Made by a program: the position numbers and the translations under genes
Virus record (IMG/VR): IMGVR_UViG_3300025066_001240
Direction: 5' to 3' (one strand)
DNA: 64,000 bases
DNA from: an uncultured virus (IMG/VR IMGVR_UViG_3300025066_001240)
Lineage: Duplodnaviria > Heunggongvirae > Uroviricota > Caudoviricetes
Notes under the pieces: model-generated
Databases searched by the model: none
Told to the model about the DNA's origin: nothing
The model's input: only the letters and a program-made list of their open reading frames with translations
Shown here: positions 1-10,266 of the stretch, one piece after another
How positions within the stretch are numbered: the stretch's first letter is position 1
Layout: each line of letters opens with the position of its first letter

Positions 1-34
1 ATCACAGTTAACATTAATCCACGATAATCACACG

Positions 35-48
35 TTTTGTGTATAATA
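35..48 (+). promoter_or_regulatory. Recurrent GTGTATAA(T/C)A motif, candidate phage-sigma/late promoter
   Basis: TTTTGTGTATAATA upstream of ORF 83; the same core recurs at 49404, 58214, 58944 and 59634 on the minus strand. Confidence 0.5.
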
Positions 49-82
49 CTACAGAAACTTCCAAACAAGGAGATCGATAAAT

Positions 83-844
83 ATGGCATCAATCACGTTC
101 CATGCTAACAATAACAACATTTACCCTAGCAATCCGACAAATCCCCCTGATTTGATCGACCACGCGGCAGGCTCTGGCATGGGCTTCTTTGGTGGCGGTT
201 TCGGTATTTCTGTCCCGGTAAATGACTATCAGACCACAATGTACGTAACCAACTCAAATGGTACTGCATCTGGGGTTAGGTGCTCCAACACTAAATATAA
301 TGATACTGTCGCCTTCCCCAATAGTGGGGTTCAGATTCAGGGCGGTGTAACCACTGGAACATCTGGTATTCCCAACATCGCGGCCCCTCTCAATATTCGA
401 TTTGAGCACTCTGAGGGAGTTAGGGTCCAAAACTGTAAACTACGTATCTTTGACCGCTCTGATATCGCACAACATGCTAGTGGTGTGACTACACAGGTTT
501 ACGAAGTACGTCATCCGCACCCTGTTGAGGGAGTCGATTTTGGTGCTGACAAGGGTCCACTGAAGCATCGTGGCGTAACTGACGCACACGGTTGGACACA
601 GTTTGCTGACGGTTTCTCTATGACCGACATGGTTATGACCGCTGGTCCCGGCCCAAGTGGGCTGAATACCAACTCCAGCGAAGTGCTGGCGACTGGAGAT
701 GGATCTTACACTAACTGGATTTCTCAGTCTGGTGAGTCGTGTATTGCTGCTCGTCATGACTGGTTTGTAGCTATGAGTGCCTCTCCCGATAGTATTGGAA
801 GTAAGACGGATTTTGGTCTGTACTTTACTTTGGAGTATCTGTAA
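83..844 (+). CDS. Hypothetical protein, probable virion structural protein
   Basis: 253-aa Gly/Ser/Thr/Asn-rich, beta-rich ORF with AGGAG RBS, preceded by the recurrent promoter motif. Confidence 0.6.
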   Translation: MASITFHANNNNIYPSNPTNPPDLIDHAAGSGMGFFGGGFGISVPVNDYQTTMYVTNSNGTASGVRCSNTKYNDTVAFPNSGVQIQGGVTTGTSGIPNIAAPLNIRFEHSEGVRVQNCKLRIFDRSDIAQHASGVTTQVYEVRHPHPVEGVDFGADKGPLKHRGVTDAHGWTQFADGFSMTDMVMTAGPGPSGLNTNSSEVLATGDGSYTNWISQSGESCIAARHDWFVAMSASPDSIGSKTDFGLYFTLEYL

Positions 845-862
845 GATTCTGTAAGATTGTGC

Positions 863-891
863 TTGACTTTTCACTGTAAAATGAGTATAAT
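863..891 (+). promoter_or_regulatory. Sigma70-type promoter
   Basis: TTGACT-17nt-TATAAT upstream of ORF 954. Confidence 0.65.
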
Positions 892-893
892 AC

Positions 894-925
894 AGCGGCG
901 GGTAGTTTGCCCGTCGTTTTTTTTG
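894..925 (+). terminator. Intrinsic terminator
   Basis: GCGGCGGGTA-GTT-TGCCCGTCGT hairpin followed by a T run. Confidence 0.7.
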
Positions 926-953
926 CCTTTTAGGACACGACTGGTATATAAAT

Positions 954-2420
954 ATGAGTATGTTAAAAGAGATACGCCGAGACGAAAAACCGGGATATAG
1001 TTGGTATCGGTGTGACTGCGGGGTCGAAAAAAGGATTAGAAGAAACGCCGTCACAAGCAATGGAACGAAATCTTGCGGGTGCCATCGAAGAAGAACCGCG
1101 ATTAAGAATGGGAAAAAAGTCTCTACACACGGTATGTCAAACACTCCTGTTTATCGCTTTTGGTCTGAATCAAAATCTAAGGGATACCTCAAAGAAGAGT
1201 GGCACGACTTTAATATTTTCTATCAAGAGGCTGGTAAGGATTACAAATTAGGAATGCAGATCGTCAACGGCCAATGGGTTAATTCTAGTCAGTCTAAGAA
1301 ACACAGAACTGAGGAAACATCATTTAAGAAATTTGGGGTTAATTACCCTACTCAATCTGAATCTGTAAAACAAAAGATTAAGGAAACCAATATCGAAAGA
1401 TATGGCGTAGCAGTAGTAACTAAGTCAGAGGTCATTAAAAAGAAAACCGTCGAAACCTGCATGAAAAAATACGGAGTTCCACATCACTCTATGACTCCAG
1501 AGTACAAGGAGCGGGCTAGTCAGAGAAATTCAGCAAAGTTTGAAGGAAAAACCAGTGGTGAGTGGGCTAAGGAACTAGAGATTTCACGGTCCTACTTTAA
1601 CATACTTGTAAGAGAACATGGAATTGAATACGCACTATCTCACGAAAAGAACATTTCATCAATTGAACTTATGATAAGCAAAGTTCTACAAGAACTCGGT
1701 GTCGAATTTGAAACCCAACACAAGGTGGAAAACAAGATAGCCGACTTTTTCATTCCTAAATTCAATCTTGTTATAGAGGCAGACGGTCACTATTGGCACT
1801 CAGACGCAATTAATAAAGACAAGATGTATCATTGTAACAAGCGTCAACTTTATATTGATAATGGTCTCTCTCCCTTATTCTTTCGTGAGGGTGAGATTGT
1901 TCGTAAAACCGATATTGTTCGGTCTATTATCGTCAATAAACTTGGAATGTCTAAAAAGATTTTTGCTCGCAAGTGCTCTCTGGTTAACCTAAATCTAAAA
2001 GACAGAAAGTCTTTTCTTGAAACAAATCACTTGATGGGGCCGGGTCGCGGGAAGTGTTTTGCTTTAGAATTCAGCGGAGAAATTGTTGCGGTCATACAGT
2101 ATACCAACAGAAATGGTAATATTGATGTTTCCAGATTTTGTTCTAGTATGGGCGTCCAAGTTGTGGGAGGGTTCTCTAAACTTCTCACTGCTATGGAACG
2201 CTTAGAATCGCCCCTCTCAGTAACGAACTTTGTAGACCTACGATACGGTACAGGTGCTCATCTGGAGCAGTTTGGGTTTAATCTGGAGCGTTGTGGAGTC
2301 AGTTTTGCTTGGGTCAAAGACTTAGACTGTATACATCGTATGAGATTTCCCGGAAAATCAGGATACGAACACGGGTTTAGAAGAATGTACGACTGTGGAC
2401 AAGCTAAGTTTGTCAAATAG
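954..2420 (+). CDS. Multi-domain putative homing endonuclease (CxCG/CGC N-terminus, K/RYGV repeats, Vsr/DUF559-like nuclease, GNAT-like C-terminus)
   Basis: CDCG..KSCGC; repeats KKFGV/ERYGV/KKYGV; ADFFIPKFNLVIEADGHYWHS; C-terminal SRFCS..VVGGFSKLL..YDCG typical of Hef-like phage endonucleases. Confidence 0.7.
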   Translation: MSMLKEIRRDEKPGYSWYRCDCGVEKRIRRNAVTSNGTKSCGCHRRRTAIKNGKKVSTHGMSNTPVYRFWSESKSKGYLKEEWHDFNIFYQEAGKDYKLGMQIVNGQWVNSSQSKKHRTEETSFKKFGVNYPTQSESVKQKIKETNIERYGVAVVTKSEVIKKKTVETCMKKYGVPHHSMTPEYKERASQRNSAKFEGKTSGEWAKELEISRSYFNILVREHGIEYALSHEKNISSIELMISKVLQELGVEFETQHKVENKIADFFIPKFNLVIEADGHYWHSDAINKDKMYHCNKRQLYIDNGLSPLFFREGEIVRKTDIVRSIIVNKLGMSKKIFARKCSLVNLNLKDRKSFLETNHLMGPGRGKCFALEFSGEIVAVIQYTNRNGNIDVSRFCSSMGVQVVGGFSKLLTAMERLESPLSVTNFVDLRYGTGAHLEQFGFNLERCGVSFAWVKDLDCIHRMRFPGKSGYEHGFRRMYDCGQAKFVK

Positions 2421-2452
2421 AAAAAGCCCCGACCATTTGGCCGGGGCTTCTT
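2421..2452. terminator. Bidirectional intrinsic terminator between convergent units
   Basis: AAAAAGCCCCG-ACCATTTGGC-CGGGGCTTCTT between plus ORF 954..2420 and minus ORF 2481..2837. Confidence 0.75.
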
Positions 2453-2480
2453 CGTTGGCAGAGGTATCTAACAATGCCTC

Positions 2481-2837
2481 TTATTCGTTCACACCCTTCT
2501 CTTTATTCCACCGTACCCAGCCACCATTAGGTAACCAGTCGTCGCCATCCTTGCGTTTGGGGAATAGTCCGCCACCCGTTTTGTGGGCACCGAACGCCAG
2601 TTTCGCTCGACAATTAAGATCCTTGCAGTGGATTTCGTGATACAAGTTGTCGTCGTTGTTGCGAACGACAAAGCGAACGTCATCATTGCCACATCTTCCA
2701 CATTTGTTTTGCCCGAATACTTCCTGAAAACGACCTACAGCTTGGAAGATATCTGTCTGACCGTCTCCCTCTAGCTCAACGCTCCAACGTCCATCGGGTG
2801 ACTTGTGTGTAACTTTCATTTGCTCGTGCTTCTCCAA
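2481..2837 (-). CDS. Hypothetical Zn-ribbon protein
   Basis: CGRC...CKDLNC motif; coupled to upstream ORF. Confidence 0.65.
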   Translation of the reverse strand: MEKHEQMKVTHKSPDGRWSVELEGDGQTDIFQAVGRFQEVFGQNKCGRCGNDDVRFVVRNNDDNLYHEIHCKDLNCRAKLAFGAHKTGGGLFPKRKDGDDWLPNGGWVRWNKEKGVNE

Positions 2838-3592
2838 TCATTTTGGTAAGAAAAAATAGAATCTGGAATCAACGACTTATCGCCTTGATACTCGTTTAGT
2901 TTTTCAATCGCGTCACTCGCCTGTCGTTTGTCAACCTTGCGGCTAACATTGATTTTGAATACGTCTTTGAAAAATGTCGTCACATTGATATCCAACTGCT
3001 TTGCTTTAATGTCAATGAAGTTGGCTTGAGGATCTGTCATCCTCCCCGAATTGTCATATTCACCCTCCGTCGAAGAATTCTTCTTGCCACTCAGTTCTTT
3101 TACGATACTGGCGGTGTTCTTGCTTGTCATTTCCTCTGAAGAAGCTGTCTTGATTCCAAGAGCCTTCCGCAAAGCACGACTCTCAGCCCGTGTGGCTGCT
3201 GTCGCAGTGTTAAACACACAGAATGCGTCATCTGTGTTTCCTTCCCAACAGTCGGCTACGTCGGCAAATACTTGCCCCGTACAAAATCTCACTTCCCATA
3301 CGACCGTTGCTCGTCCAATCTCATCATGAGTGCTTGGTGGGAATACCTGAGTGGGACGACTCTCAATCACTGGCCCTAATACCAATTCTGCTACACGTCT
3401 CAGTCCAGCACAGGTTGGACGTTCAGCGAACATCTCACTGTCTTCAAACAGAGACATGACCCAGTCGTTCCACTCCGGAGAAGTCCTACTCGGACCATCC
3501 AGAACGATCCTGTCCACACTTCCAGTCGCTTTCATAGCTTCCGTTGACGGACTCTCTAGTTCAGTACCCTCAAACAAATCATCTTCTGCCAT
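2816..3592 (-). CDS. Putative single-strand annealing protein (Rad52/Sak-like)
   Basis: ATAATRAESRALRKALGI motif resembling phage SSAPs; C-terminal MTDPQ..FI..ASDAIEKL helical module. Confidence 0.5.
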   Translation of the reverse strand: MAEDDLFEGTELESPSTEAMKATGSVDRIVLDGPSRTSPEWNDWVMSLFEDSEMFAERPTCAGLRRVAELVLGPVIESRPTQVFPPSTHDEIGRATVVWEVRFCTGQVFADVADCWEGNTDDAFCVFNTATAATRAESRALRKALGIKTASSEEMTSKNTASIVKELSGKKNSSTEGEYDNSGRMTDPQANFIDIKAKQLDINVTTFFKDVFKINVSRKVDKRQASDAIEKLNEYQGDKSLIPDSIFSYQNDWRSTSK

Positions 3593-4354
3593 TTACTCCA
3601 CCTCTATAAAACGTTTGTTTCTTGACGGAAACTTATCATTGATTTTCTCAATGTGAGCCAAGACCTGTTCGATTAGGTCTTCTCGTTTCGCCAAAGATTC
3701 CTGTCCTAGTGATTTCACGCGAATCACAGCGTATCCTTTGGTCAGTAGGGAGCCGTTCTTTCTCAGGTCTGCATTCATCTGTTTTTGCAGCTTCTCTTCT
3801 CCCCAAATTGGTAAGAAGTGCGAAGGCCCGTCTACCTCTATTATAGTCTTCAACTCGGGAATATACAGGTCAATTTCCAGCTTTTCTGCTGGAATAATGA
3901 GTTTATGTAACTCAACTTTGTACCCGGATTCTTCAATTCTTTCCTCGAAAATCTTCTCCAGTTTTGACCCTTCTGAAGCAGCCACGCGGATAGCTTTGAC
4001 GCCCTTAGCACGCATAGTTTCCTTCTGCTTATTGGTCATTTTATTCCAGTTTTCTTTCGCCATATCTACACGGCGATTACGTTCCTCGTCGCCCATAGTG
4101 TTCCAGTAGACTTCCAGACTACTACTGATCTTCACACGTTCCTCCTTGGAGCGTGTCTTGCCAGCGGTTGGGTGTTTACTACGGCCTGAGTCTAGTGCTG
4201 CCTTTTGAGCACTGCTCCTATCCTTTAGCTTGCGACCGTGCTTCAGTAGGGTGCGGCGAATCTTATTAGGGTACGTATCTAGATGTTTAGCGATAGCGTA
4301 AGTGCTGTTGTCGTTATCATACATCTTTAAAACCGTCTGCTCAAAATCACTCAT
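3593..4354 (-). CDS. Putative homing endonuclease, HTH/NUMOD3-like plus DUF559/Vsr-like nuclease
   Basis: GKTRSKEERVKIS (NUMOD3-like); EIDLYIPELKTIIEVDGPSHF; start chosen at MSDFEQ. Confidence 0.7.
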   Translation of the reverse strand: MSDFEQTVLKMYDNDNSTYAIAKHLDTYPNKIRRTLLKHGRKLKDRSSAQKAALDSGRSKHPTAGKTRSKEERVKISSSLEVYWNTMGDEERNRRVDMAKENWNKMTNKQKETMRAKGVKAIRVAASEGSKLEKIFEERIEESGYKVELHKLIIPAEKLEIDLYIPELKTIIEVDGPSHFLPIWGEEKLQKQMNADLRKNGSLLTKGYAVIRVKSLGQESLAKREDLIEQVLAHIEKINDKFPSRNKRFIEVE

Positions 4355-4793
4355 CGAAAACCTCTCTAATTTGTTGCAGAGAGAACCCATCCATTAGTAC
4401 TGGCGATACACCAGTTAGTCTCAGGAATTCCCCCCTATCTACTTCGTTTGTTACCAACACCTTGTGGTTATTGGCTATTCTAATCAATTCAAAGATAGTC
4501 TTCTCATTCTTATCTGCGGCATTGAAAAGATACGCCACCTTGAATTTGTTGACCACATTCTCTGCTTTTACAGTACCAATTATAGATGTAGTAATCAGAT
4601 GGCCCGTAAAGTGCCACAATTCTGTTGCGTCAAACATCCCGAATTTAGTCTGGATCGGATTGAAATTGACAGTATCGAAGAACACAGCCGCATCTTCAAG
4701 GTTGTTATCTTCGACCTCTTTGTTTAGGAAGTTGTATATCTCCAAGTTCCGTGGTGTTCCACCGTTCGTATCTACATAAAACCCTAGTTTCAT
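4347..4793 (-). CDS. Hypothetical protein
   Basis: 148-aa ORF overlapping neighbours by a few nt. Confidence 0.65.
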   Translation of the reverse strand: MKLGFYVDTNGGTPRNLEIYNFLNKEVEDNNLEDAAVFFDTVNFNPIQTKFGMFDATELWHFTGHLITTSIIGTVKAENVVNKFKVAYLFNAADKNEKTIFELIRIANNHKVLVTNEVDRGEFLRLTGVSPVLMDGFSLQQIREVFDE

Positions 4794-5737
4794 AAATTTG
4801 TTTCCCTTTCTTTTATGTTTGTATCGTCTACGTACCAGTCAATGGTCTTTTTGAGACCCTCTTTTAGTTCAGTCTTAGCTTCCCAGTCCAGTAGCGTCTT
4901 GGCTTTATCTACATTTAGGCATCTACGGGGTTGTCCATCACGCTTACTTGTGTCCCATCGGAAATTGCCCTCATATCCCATCAGATCACTGATTAAGTCA
5001 ACTAGTTCACGGATAGTGATTTCCTGACCTGTTCCAATATTGATTGGTTCTGGGCCGGGATCTTTCTTAATAGCCTGAGCTATCACCTCCACACAGTCTG
5101 GAGCGTACAGGAATTCCCTAGATGCGTGCCCAGTACCCCACACGTTGACACATTCCTTGCCCTCTTTCATAGTTTCGTGGATTTTCATGATCAGGGCTGG
5201 GATTACATGACTGGTAGTGGTGTTGAAGTGGTCATAAGGACCGTACATGTTTACGGGAATTAGGTTGACCACATCCATTCCGTACTGCTCTACGTATGCC
5301 TCTCCGAGCCTCATTAGGGTCTTTTTGGCAATACCATAGGGTGCGTTGGTCTCTTCGGGATAGCCGTACCAGATATCCTCTTCCTTGAAGGGTACGGGCG
5401 TGTGTTTAGGGTAAGCACAGACAGTCCCCAACATTACAACTTTAGGGACTTTGAATATTCTGGCTTGCTCTAGGACATTAATGCCCATAGCAAGATTTTC
5501 ATACATGAACTTTCCGGGATTATCACGGTTTGCTCCTATGCCACCAACGCTCCCAGCGGCATGGACAATAACATCTGGATTATATCCCGAGATTAGTAAT
5601 TCTGCACTGAATTCGTCTGTTAGGTCAACATGCTTAGACCCTACGCCATCAATGTGATCATCCGGGAAATACTGAAGCAAGTGCTGTTTGATATTATTTC
5701 CCAAAAACCCTGTGCCGCCAGTGACTAAGATCTTCAT
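4790..5737 (-). CDS. fcl: GDP-L-fucose synthase (GDP-4-keto-6-deoxymannose epimerase/reductase)
   Basis: GGTGFLG; AAGSVGGIGAN; GTVCAYPK; YGIAKK; HVIPALI; WGTG.ASREFLY; DGQPRRCL. Confidence 0.92.
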   Translation of the reverse strand: MKILVTGGTGFLGNNIKQHLLQYFPDDHIDGVGSKHVDLTDEFSAELLISGYNPDVIVHAAGSVGGIGANRDNPGKFMYENLAMGINVLEQARIFKVPKVVMLGTVCAYPKHTPVPFKEEDIWYGYPEETNAPYGIAKKTLMRLGEAYVEQYGMDVVNLIPVNMYGPYDHFNTTTSHVIPALIMKIHETMKEGKECVNVWGTGHASREFLYAPDCVEVIAQAIKKDPGPEPINIGTGQEITIRELVDLISDLMGYEGNFRWDTSKRDGQPRRCLNVDKAKTLLDWEAKTELKEGLKKTIDWYVDDTNIKERETNL

Positions 5738-6567
5738 TCTATTCCCTCCAAGAATTGCTTACCAAATGTCACCAACTCCGGGACATAGTTGTCTCTGATA
5801 AATTGCTCATACCCCTTAACGTCTGCTATCTTGTCGTAGATTGAGGCGTCAAAAGTCATATCTCCAACAATGTATTCTGGGGTATCTATCTCCTGAAAGT
5901 TGAAACCGTTGACTACTGGGTCATACCGCTGGTTGATATAGCCTACCGGATGGTTCCACTTCTTATATTCGTAATGCTTATACCACAGTTGTTTTAGGGC
6001 ATAATACCGTAGATTGATACCTTGTAGATGAATAACCCCGGCTTCCTTCAGTCTACGCTGCTCAAGGTTTACCTGTGGGGTGCGTGGAGTATGATACTTG
6101 AATTGACTCAGATCAAACTCGTGGGTATTCTGTAGAGGCAGTAGGAATGTGCGAAAGTTGTCCCAATACATAGGGTCCGCTCTGAACTTCCCCATGTCTC
6201 CCACAACGTTGTACCAGAAGAGTTGAATATCATAGAGGGTATTTAACTCTAATAGTGGCTCCCAGTTATTTAACCAAGATTGAGTTAATAGCTCGTCGGC
6301 ATCTATAGCTAGTACGAAATCGACACCACTAGCCCTAGAGTGGGATAACATTGCCTGCCTATTGTGACTTTCGTTAAATTCTGTTCTCTTCCCCTCAATA
6401 ACGAAGGCTTTACCCCCAAATAGATCGCGGATTACCTCTATGGTATTGTCAGTAGAGTTGTCGTCGTAGAAAACCCACTTGTCAATAGGGTAATCCTTCC
6501 AGTATTTGTATACCTCTGGGAGGATCAACGCTTCGTTCTGTATCATTACGTTAGCATGAACTATCAT
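5734..6567 (-). CDS. Glycosyltransferase family 2-like
   Basis: NEALIL..YDDNSTDNT..IDADE (DxD) motifs. Confidence 0.8.
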   Translation of the reverse strand: MIVHANVMIQNEALILPEVYKYWKDYPIDKWVFYDDNSTDNTIEVIRDLFGGKAFVIEGKRTEFNESHNRQAMLSHSRASGVDFVLAIDADELLTQSWLNNWEPLLELNTLYDIQLFWYNVVGDMGKFRADPMYWDNFRTFLLPLQNTHEFDLSQFKYHTPRTPQVNLEQRRLKEAGVIHLQGINLRYYALKQLWYKHYEYKKWNHPVGYINQRYDPVVNGFNFQEIDTPEYIVGDMTFDASIYDKIADVKGYEQFIRDNYVPELVTFGKQFLEGIE

Positions 6568-7463
6568 ATTAGATTCCAGTTTGGTAACGTTACAGGGTTT
6601 TTGAATATTTCGTAGTGCCCACGTTGGCAGTACACGTTGACGGTTTTTTGATCCATAGTGTTGTTTAGTGTGCCGTATCTACAGTCTAACTGATATATTA
6701 AGCAGGCCCACACAGAGTCTACTACATGTATCTCTTGTGCGTTCTCAATAATCTTGATATAATCAAAGAACGTATTGGTTGCCTTGTTTAGATTGACATA
6801 GCTGACACCCTCCTTACGATCTAGCTCAATGTGTGTTGATTTGTAGGGAACCCCAACGCCCTTGGTCTCTTCACGCTTCTGATCATCGTGGTACAGGACA
6901 TAATCTTCTCCATGTTCCTTAATGAACTTCTCATAAGCGGCATCTTCTAATTCTGTATCTCTCTCAATGTTAAAATCGGTGATCCTTTTCCAGAAACTAA
7001 GATTGTAGTATTCGTAAAAAGCCTCTGTGAAGTGTGGGACTTTAAATGTTCCCGGTAGCAGTCTATTAGCTACAAAGCAATTGTACCACCTCATACCCAA
7101 CTTATCTTCTCTCCACTTATCATGCTCTCCATGAGTACACATTACGTATTCTGGGTTGAGTAATAAAGATCCATTGTTAGCGGATGAGTAGTGAAATCTG
7201 TCAATACTAAGGCTTTTTTCAATAGTTCCATAATATCTACCGTCGTCACCCTTGAAATAGATAGGCTCGACATTATCTTTACCCCGTAGGTAGAAGTCCA
7301 TCATATCCCTAACGTCTGACCTCAGGAATACTAACACCTCATCATAGAGAGAGCTATAATGGTCTATCAAACCCATACAGACTACCAGATCTGTCATTCC
7401 CTGATGGTAGTAAACAAACGCTTTAGTCTTCAAAGTGCTCTCTCCAATAGTTGTAGGTCTCAT
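6564..7463 (-). CDS. Hypothetical glycan-related protein (possibly GT-B/GT9-like)
   Basis: HQGMTDLV N-terminal and IIENAQEIHVVDS C-terminal motifs, inside the sugar cluster. Confidence 0.55.
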   Translation of the reverse strand: MRPTTIGESTLKTKAFVYYHQGMTDLVVCMGLIDHYSSLYDEVLVFLRSDVRDMMDFYLRGKDNVEPIYFKGDDGRYYGTIEKSLSIDRFHYSSANNGSLLLNPEYVMCTHGEHDKWREDKLGMRWYNCFVANRLLPGTFKVPHFTEAFYEYYNLSFWKRITDFNIERDTELEDAAYEKFIKEHGEDYVLYHDDQKREETKGVGVPYKSTHIELDRKEGVSYVNLNKATNTFFDYIKIIENAQEIHVVDSVWACLIYQLDCRYGTLNNTMDQKTVNVYCQRGHYEIFKNPVTLPNWNLI

Positions 7464-8973
7464 AGTCGTCAGGGGTTCCCCAGCAGATGTAATTATCTAC
7501 CTCAAACACCTTGACATTAAGCCCGGCTTCTATGTTCCTGTTCAAAACATCGTCCACATAAAATTCGCTGGCGGTACGAATATCTTTTTTACGGTTTTCT
7601 TTGAACCCATCGTTGAAGTCCCGTCCCCTTCTGTAGTAGAACGTTCCAATGATAGCGTGTGTCTTCAGTGGATCTCCACCCGGAAACTTTTTACAGTATA
7701 CGTTCCGCACGCTGTTATTCTCGTCTACGTCCAACCAAGAGTACATGTCAGGATTGATTTTACTCGTCTGATTATTCCTAAACGACCATACGATTACGTC
7801 AACGGTCTCATCATTTACCAGATCTAGGAACTTAGCCTCGTCGTAGCACGCTCCGTTATCGCAAGCTGAGATCAGGATGGGTTCGTCATCCAAATACTTG
7901 GTAGCTAGGCGAACCGTACATGCTTGACCATCAGTGACACCGCCCGTGGTTAGAACTGATGCGTTCGGGTAATACTTCTGTATCTCCCTATCTATTATAA
8001 GCTCGTTAGTGTGTTTTTCCAAGCAAATAAAGCAAGAATCCTTGAATTTAGGCAAAGATTTCACCGCCCTGATAACCATAGGGTCTCCATCAACTGGGAT
8101 TAGCGGCTTGGGTTGTTTATACCCACGAGATGAGAATCTCTCGCCTTTACCAGCCATTGGGAGAACGAGGGTGAAGTCCTGCTCTGGTGCTGTATTTTGC
8201 TCCTTTTTGAGATTAGCGAAACAATTAGACCACCCTTTGTAGATTTCAAGATCGTAAGGAGTGCCCCACTGTAACATCTTATCTATTTCAAAGATCTTAG
8301 TCTTCAGTCCATCTCTTAGTAGTAGCTTGTAGACTAGGCTTACGTAGAACTCACCATTGAGATTGATATCTTCATCCATTAACTGGTTGAAGTATTTTTT
8401 TACTGTGGCCCCGGAGTTGAAGTAGTAGACACCGTTGGAGGCGTACTCATCCATCTTATTCTCAGTGAATGATTCCTTCTCTTTGATATCTTGGAGGGTC
8501 ATATTCTCTTCTTTACAGAAGGCGTAGTTCTCCCCTCTGAGCATGTGAGGGTGAAACCCAGTGTAACATGGTATTCCGCCATCGAAGCCCTCTACGGCCC
8601 CTAGGAAGCCCTCAAAATCCCACACGGTACCAAAGTCACAGTAGCTCACGATAACAGGCTTATCCCGATCTAAGAGACGTGCCACGCTGGATACGGCGTA
8701 TACTGGTCCCTTCTTATGGGGAGCGATGGAAATAATATTACATGTGGGACATAGACCGTATAACACCTTTGACATATTGGTATTACTGATATGGTCCTGA
8801 TTACAGATAAACGTAACATCCTCTACACCCGGAAACATGTCTAAGACGTGAGCTATAATTGGCTTACCGTCCACCTCGATCATAGACTTAGTGGTCTCAT
8901 AGCCAGCCTCTATAAACCTCTTGCCAATTCCCGACATTGGGATTACTAGTTGTACATCTTTCTTATTGATCAC
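7423..8973 (-). CDS. Tandem two-domain sugar-phosphate nucleotidyltransferase
   Basis: Two copies of IPM(S/A)GxGxRF..KP/KS.I.VDG.P motif, each ending in GEFYV/SEFYV..WGTP.D. Confidence 0.85.
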   Translation of the reverse strand: MINKKDVQLVIPMSGIGKRFIEAGYETTKSMIEVDGKPIIAHVLDMFPGVEDVTFICNQDHISNTNMSKVLYGLCPTCNIISIAPHKKGPVYAVSSVARLLDRDKPVIVSYCDFGTVWDFEGFLGAVEGFDGGIPCYTGFHPHMLRGENYAFCKEENMTLQDIKEKESFTENKMDEYASNGVYYFNSGATVKKYFNQLMDEDINLNGEFYVSLVYKLLLRDGLKTKIFEIDKMLQWGTPYDLEIYKGWSNCFANLKKEQNTAPEQDFTLVLPMAGKGERFSSRGYKQPKPLIPVDGDPMVIRAVKSLPKFKDSCFICLEKHTNELIIDREIQKYYPNASVLTTGGVTDGQACTVRLATKYLDDEPILISACDNGACYDEAKFLDLVNDETVDVIVWSFRNNQTSKINPDMYSWLDVDENNSVRNVYCKKFPGGDPLKTHAIIGTFYYRRGRDFNDGFKENRKKDIRTASEFYVDDVLNRNIEAGLNVKVFEVDNYICWGTPDDYETYNYWREHFED

Positions 8974-9451
8974 TCAACTGCTCCTTGAGATAGTTTGGGT
9001 AATCCGTACATATACCGTAGATACATCTAGCTCTGGCTAGGTCAAAGTTGTCGATATCCTCTTTAGAGATGAGAGGGATGACGCTATAATTTGTGAGTTC
9101 CAAAGATAGATCGTGAACCCATATAAATCCATTCTTACTAGATATCCACGGACAATTCATAACCATAGAGAAGGGGTCAGACTGATGACAAAACGCACGC
9201 CCTCCCGAATAATAGGATAATGCTACATTATCCTTATAGTGAATCCATAACCTCTGTCTTCTATCATCTAGGTCTGTCTGAGCTATATGGTGGTCAGGAC
9301 CATCGTGTCCCAAGTACAATATACCATGCTTAACCCTGAGGTCAATCTCCGCGTCGTACCCATGAGACAGGGCTTCGTCTATGTACTTTAGGGTATTCTC
9401 CCTCTCGGGATTGGGACCGTCTAAATTCCCTCTATGTGAGATGATCTTCAT
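8963..9451 (-). CDS. Glycerophosphodiester phosphodiesterase-like protein
   Basis: ISHRGN..ENT..EID..LGHD..GICTDYP. Confidence 0.75.
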   Translation of the reverse strand: MKIISHRGNLDGPNPERENTLKYIDEALSHGYDAEIDLRVKHGILYLGHDGPDHHIAQTDLDDRRQRLWIHYKDNVALSYYSGGRAFCHQSDPFSMVMNCPWISSKNGFIWVHDLSLELTNYSVIPLISKEDIDNFDLARARCIYGICTDYPNYLKEQLSDQ

Positions 9452-10266
9452 CCTAATTTACTCCGTACCATTTCAAGAAAAGTGTTTTGGTCAAACGTAT
9501 TTTCGGTAAAGTATGGGTTGTCTATGAATTTGAACATCTGTAACTCTCTACCTGTTAGGGCTATTAGATTGTTACAGTGAGAATATACTACTTGTCCCCC
9601 CCCTTCCCCTATATGGATATTAAACAGGGAGTGTCTAAGCCAAGCTATGTTTCTATCGATAATCTTCTGGTCGTACAACGAGGTGGTTTCGGCTTGAGTT
9701 AAGTCTTCCAAATCCAGCAAATCCCCATTAACAATGTCTTTATAAATGGAGAATGTTTTATGTATATCATACTCCCGACAGTGAGAGGGTTCTTTCTCTC
9801 CTATGATTATCACTTTAACACCAGAGTCATTTAGCATATGAAACAGTGGTGTTTTTATAGCATCCCATTTTTCTTTAAGCCCATAATCTGAGACCGTTAT
9901 ACATTTTGTGTTCAGGACTACGTGGTTTTCACGTATCGTAGCGGGAGGAATTGCTGTCTTAATAGAGTTGGGTTTGATATCTAGGAATTTAGCTAGATCG
10001 TGAGGAATGGGACGTTTGATAAGAGGGCAGTCTTCAGTGCTCGTGCTATCATCTGTCGTACGCACATTATCTAAGTCTGACATTCTTGCTCGAAGAATAT
10101 CGTACATTTTCTGAGAATACTCTTTCCAGTGCTCTGGTCGGAGTTGCTTAATAAGGTCGTCATTAAAAACCACTTCAAACTGTATGTGTGGGCATCCGGC
10201 AAACACACAATAATAATCTAGGTGTAGTGACATGCCGTATAATGGTTCTATTTTACATCGTCTCAT
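9448..10266 (-). CDS. Hypothetical protein (possibly GT-B/GT9-like)
   Basis: 272-aa coupled ORF in the sugar cluster; VIIIGE and NIHIGEGG motifs. Confidence 0.55.
   Translation of the reverse strand: MRRCKIEPLYGMSLHLDYYCVFAGCPHIQFEVVFNDDLIKQLRPEHWKEYSQKMYDILRARMSDLDNVRTTDDSTSTEDCPLIKRPIPHDLAKFLDIKPNSIKTAIPPATIRENHVVLNTKCITVSDYGLKEKWDAIKTPLFHMLNDSGVKVIIIGEKEPSHCREYDIHKTFSIYKDIVNGDLLDLEDLTQAETTSLYDQKIIDRNIAWLRHSLFNIHIGEGGGQVVYSHCNNLIALTGRELQMFKFIDNPYFTENTFDQNTFLEMVRSKLG

Noticed and set aside
440..1144. 234-aa minus-strand ORF and the many plus-strand ORFs of 60-170 aa across 2.4-62 kb
   Set aside because: Antisense shadows of well-supported genes with no recognisable motifs.
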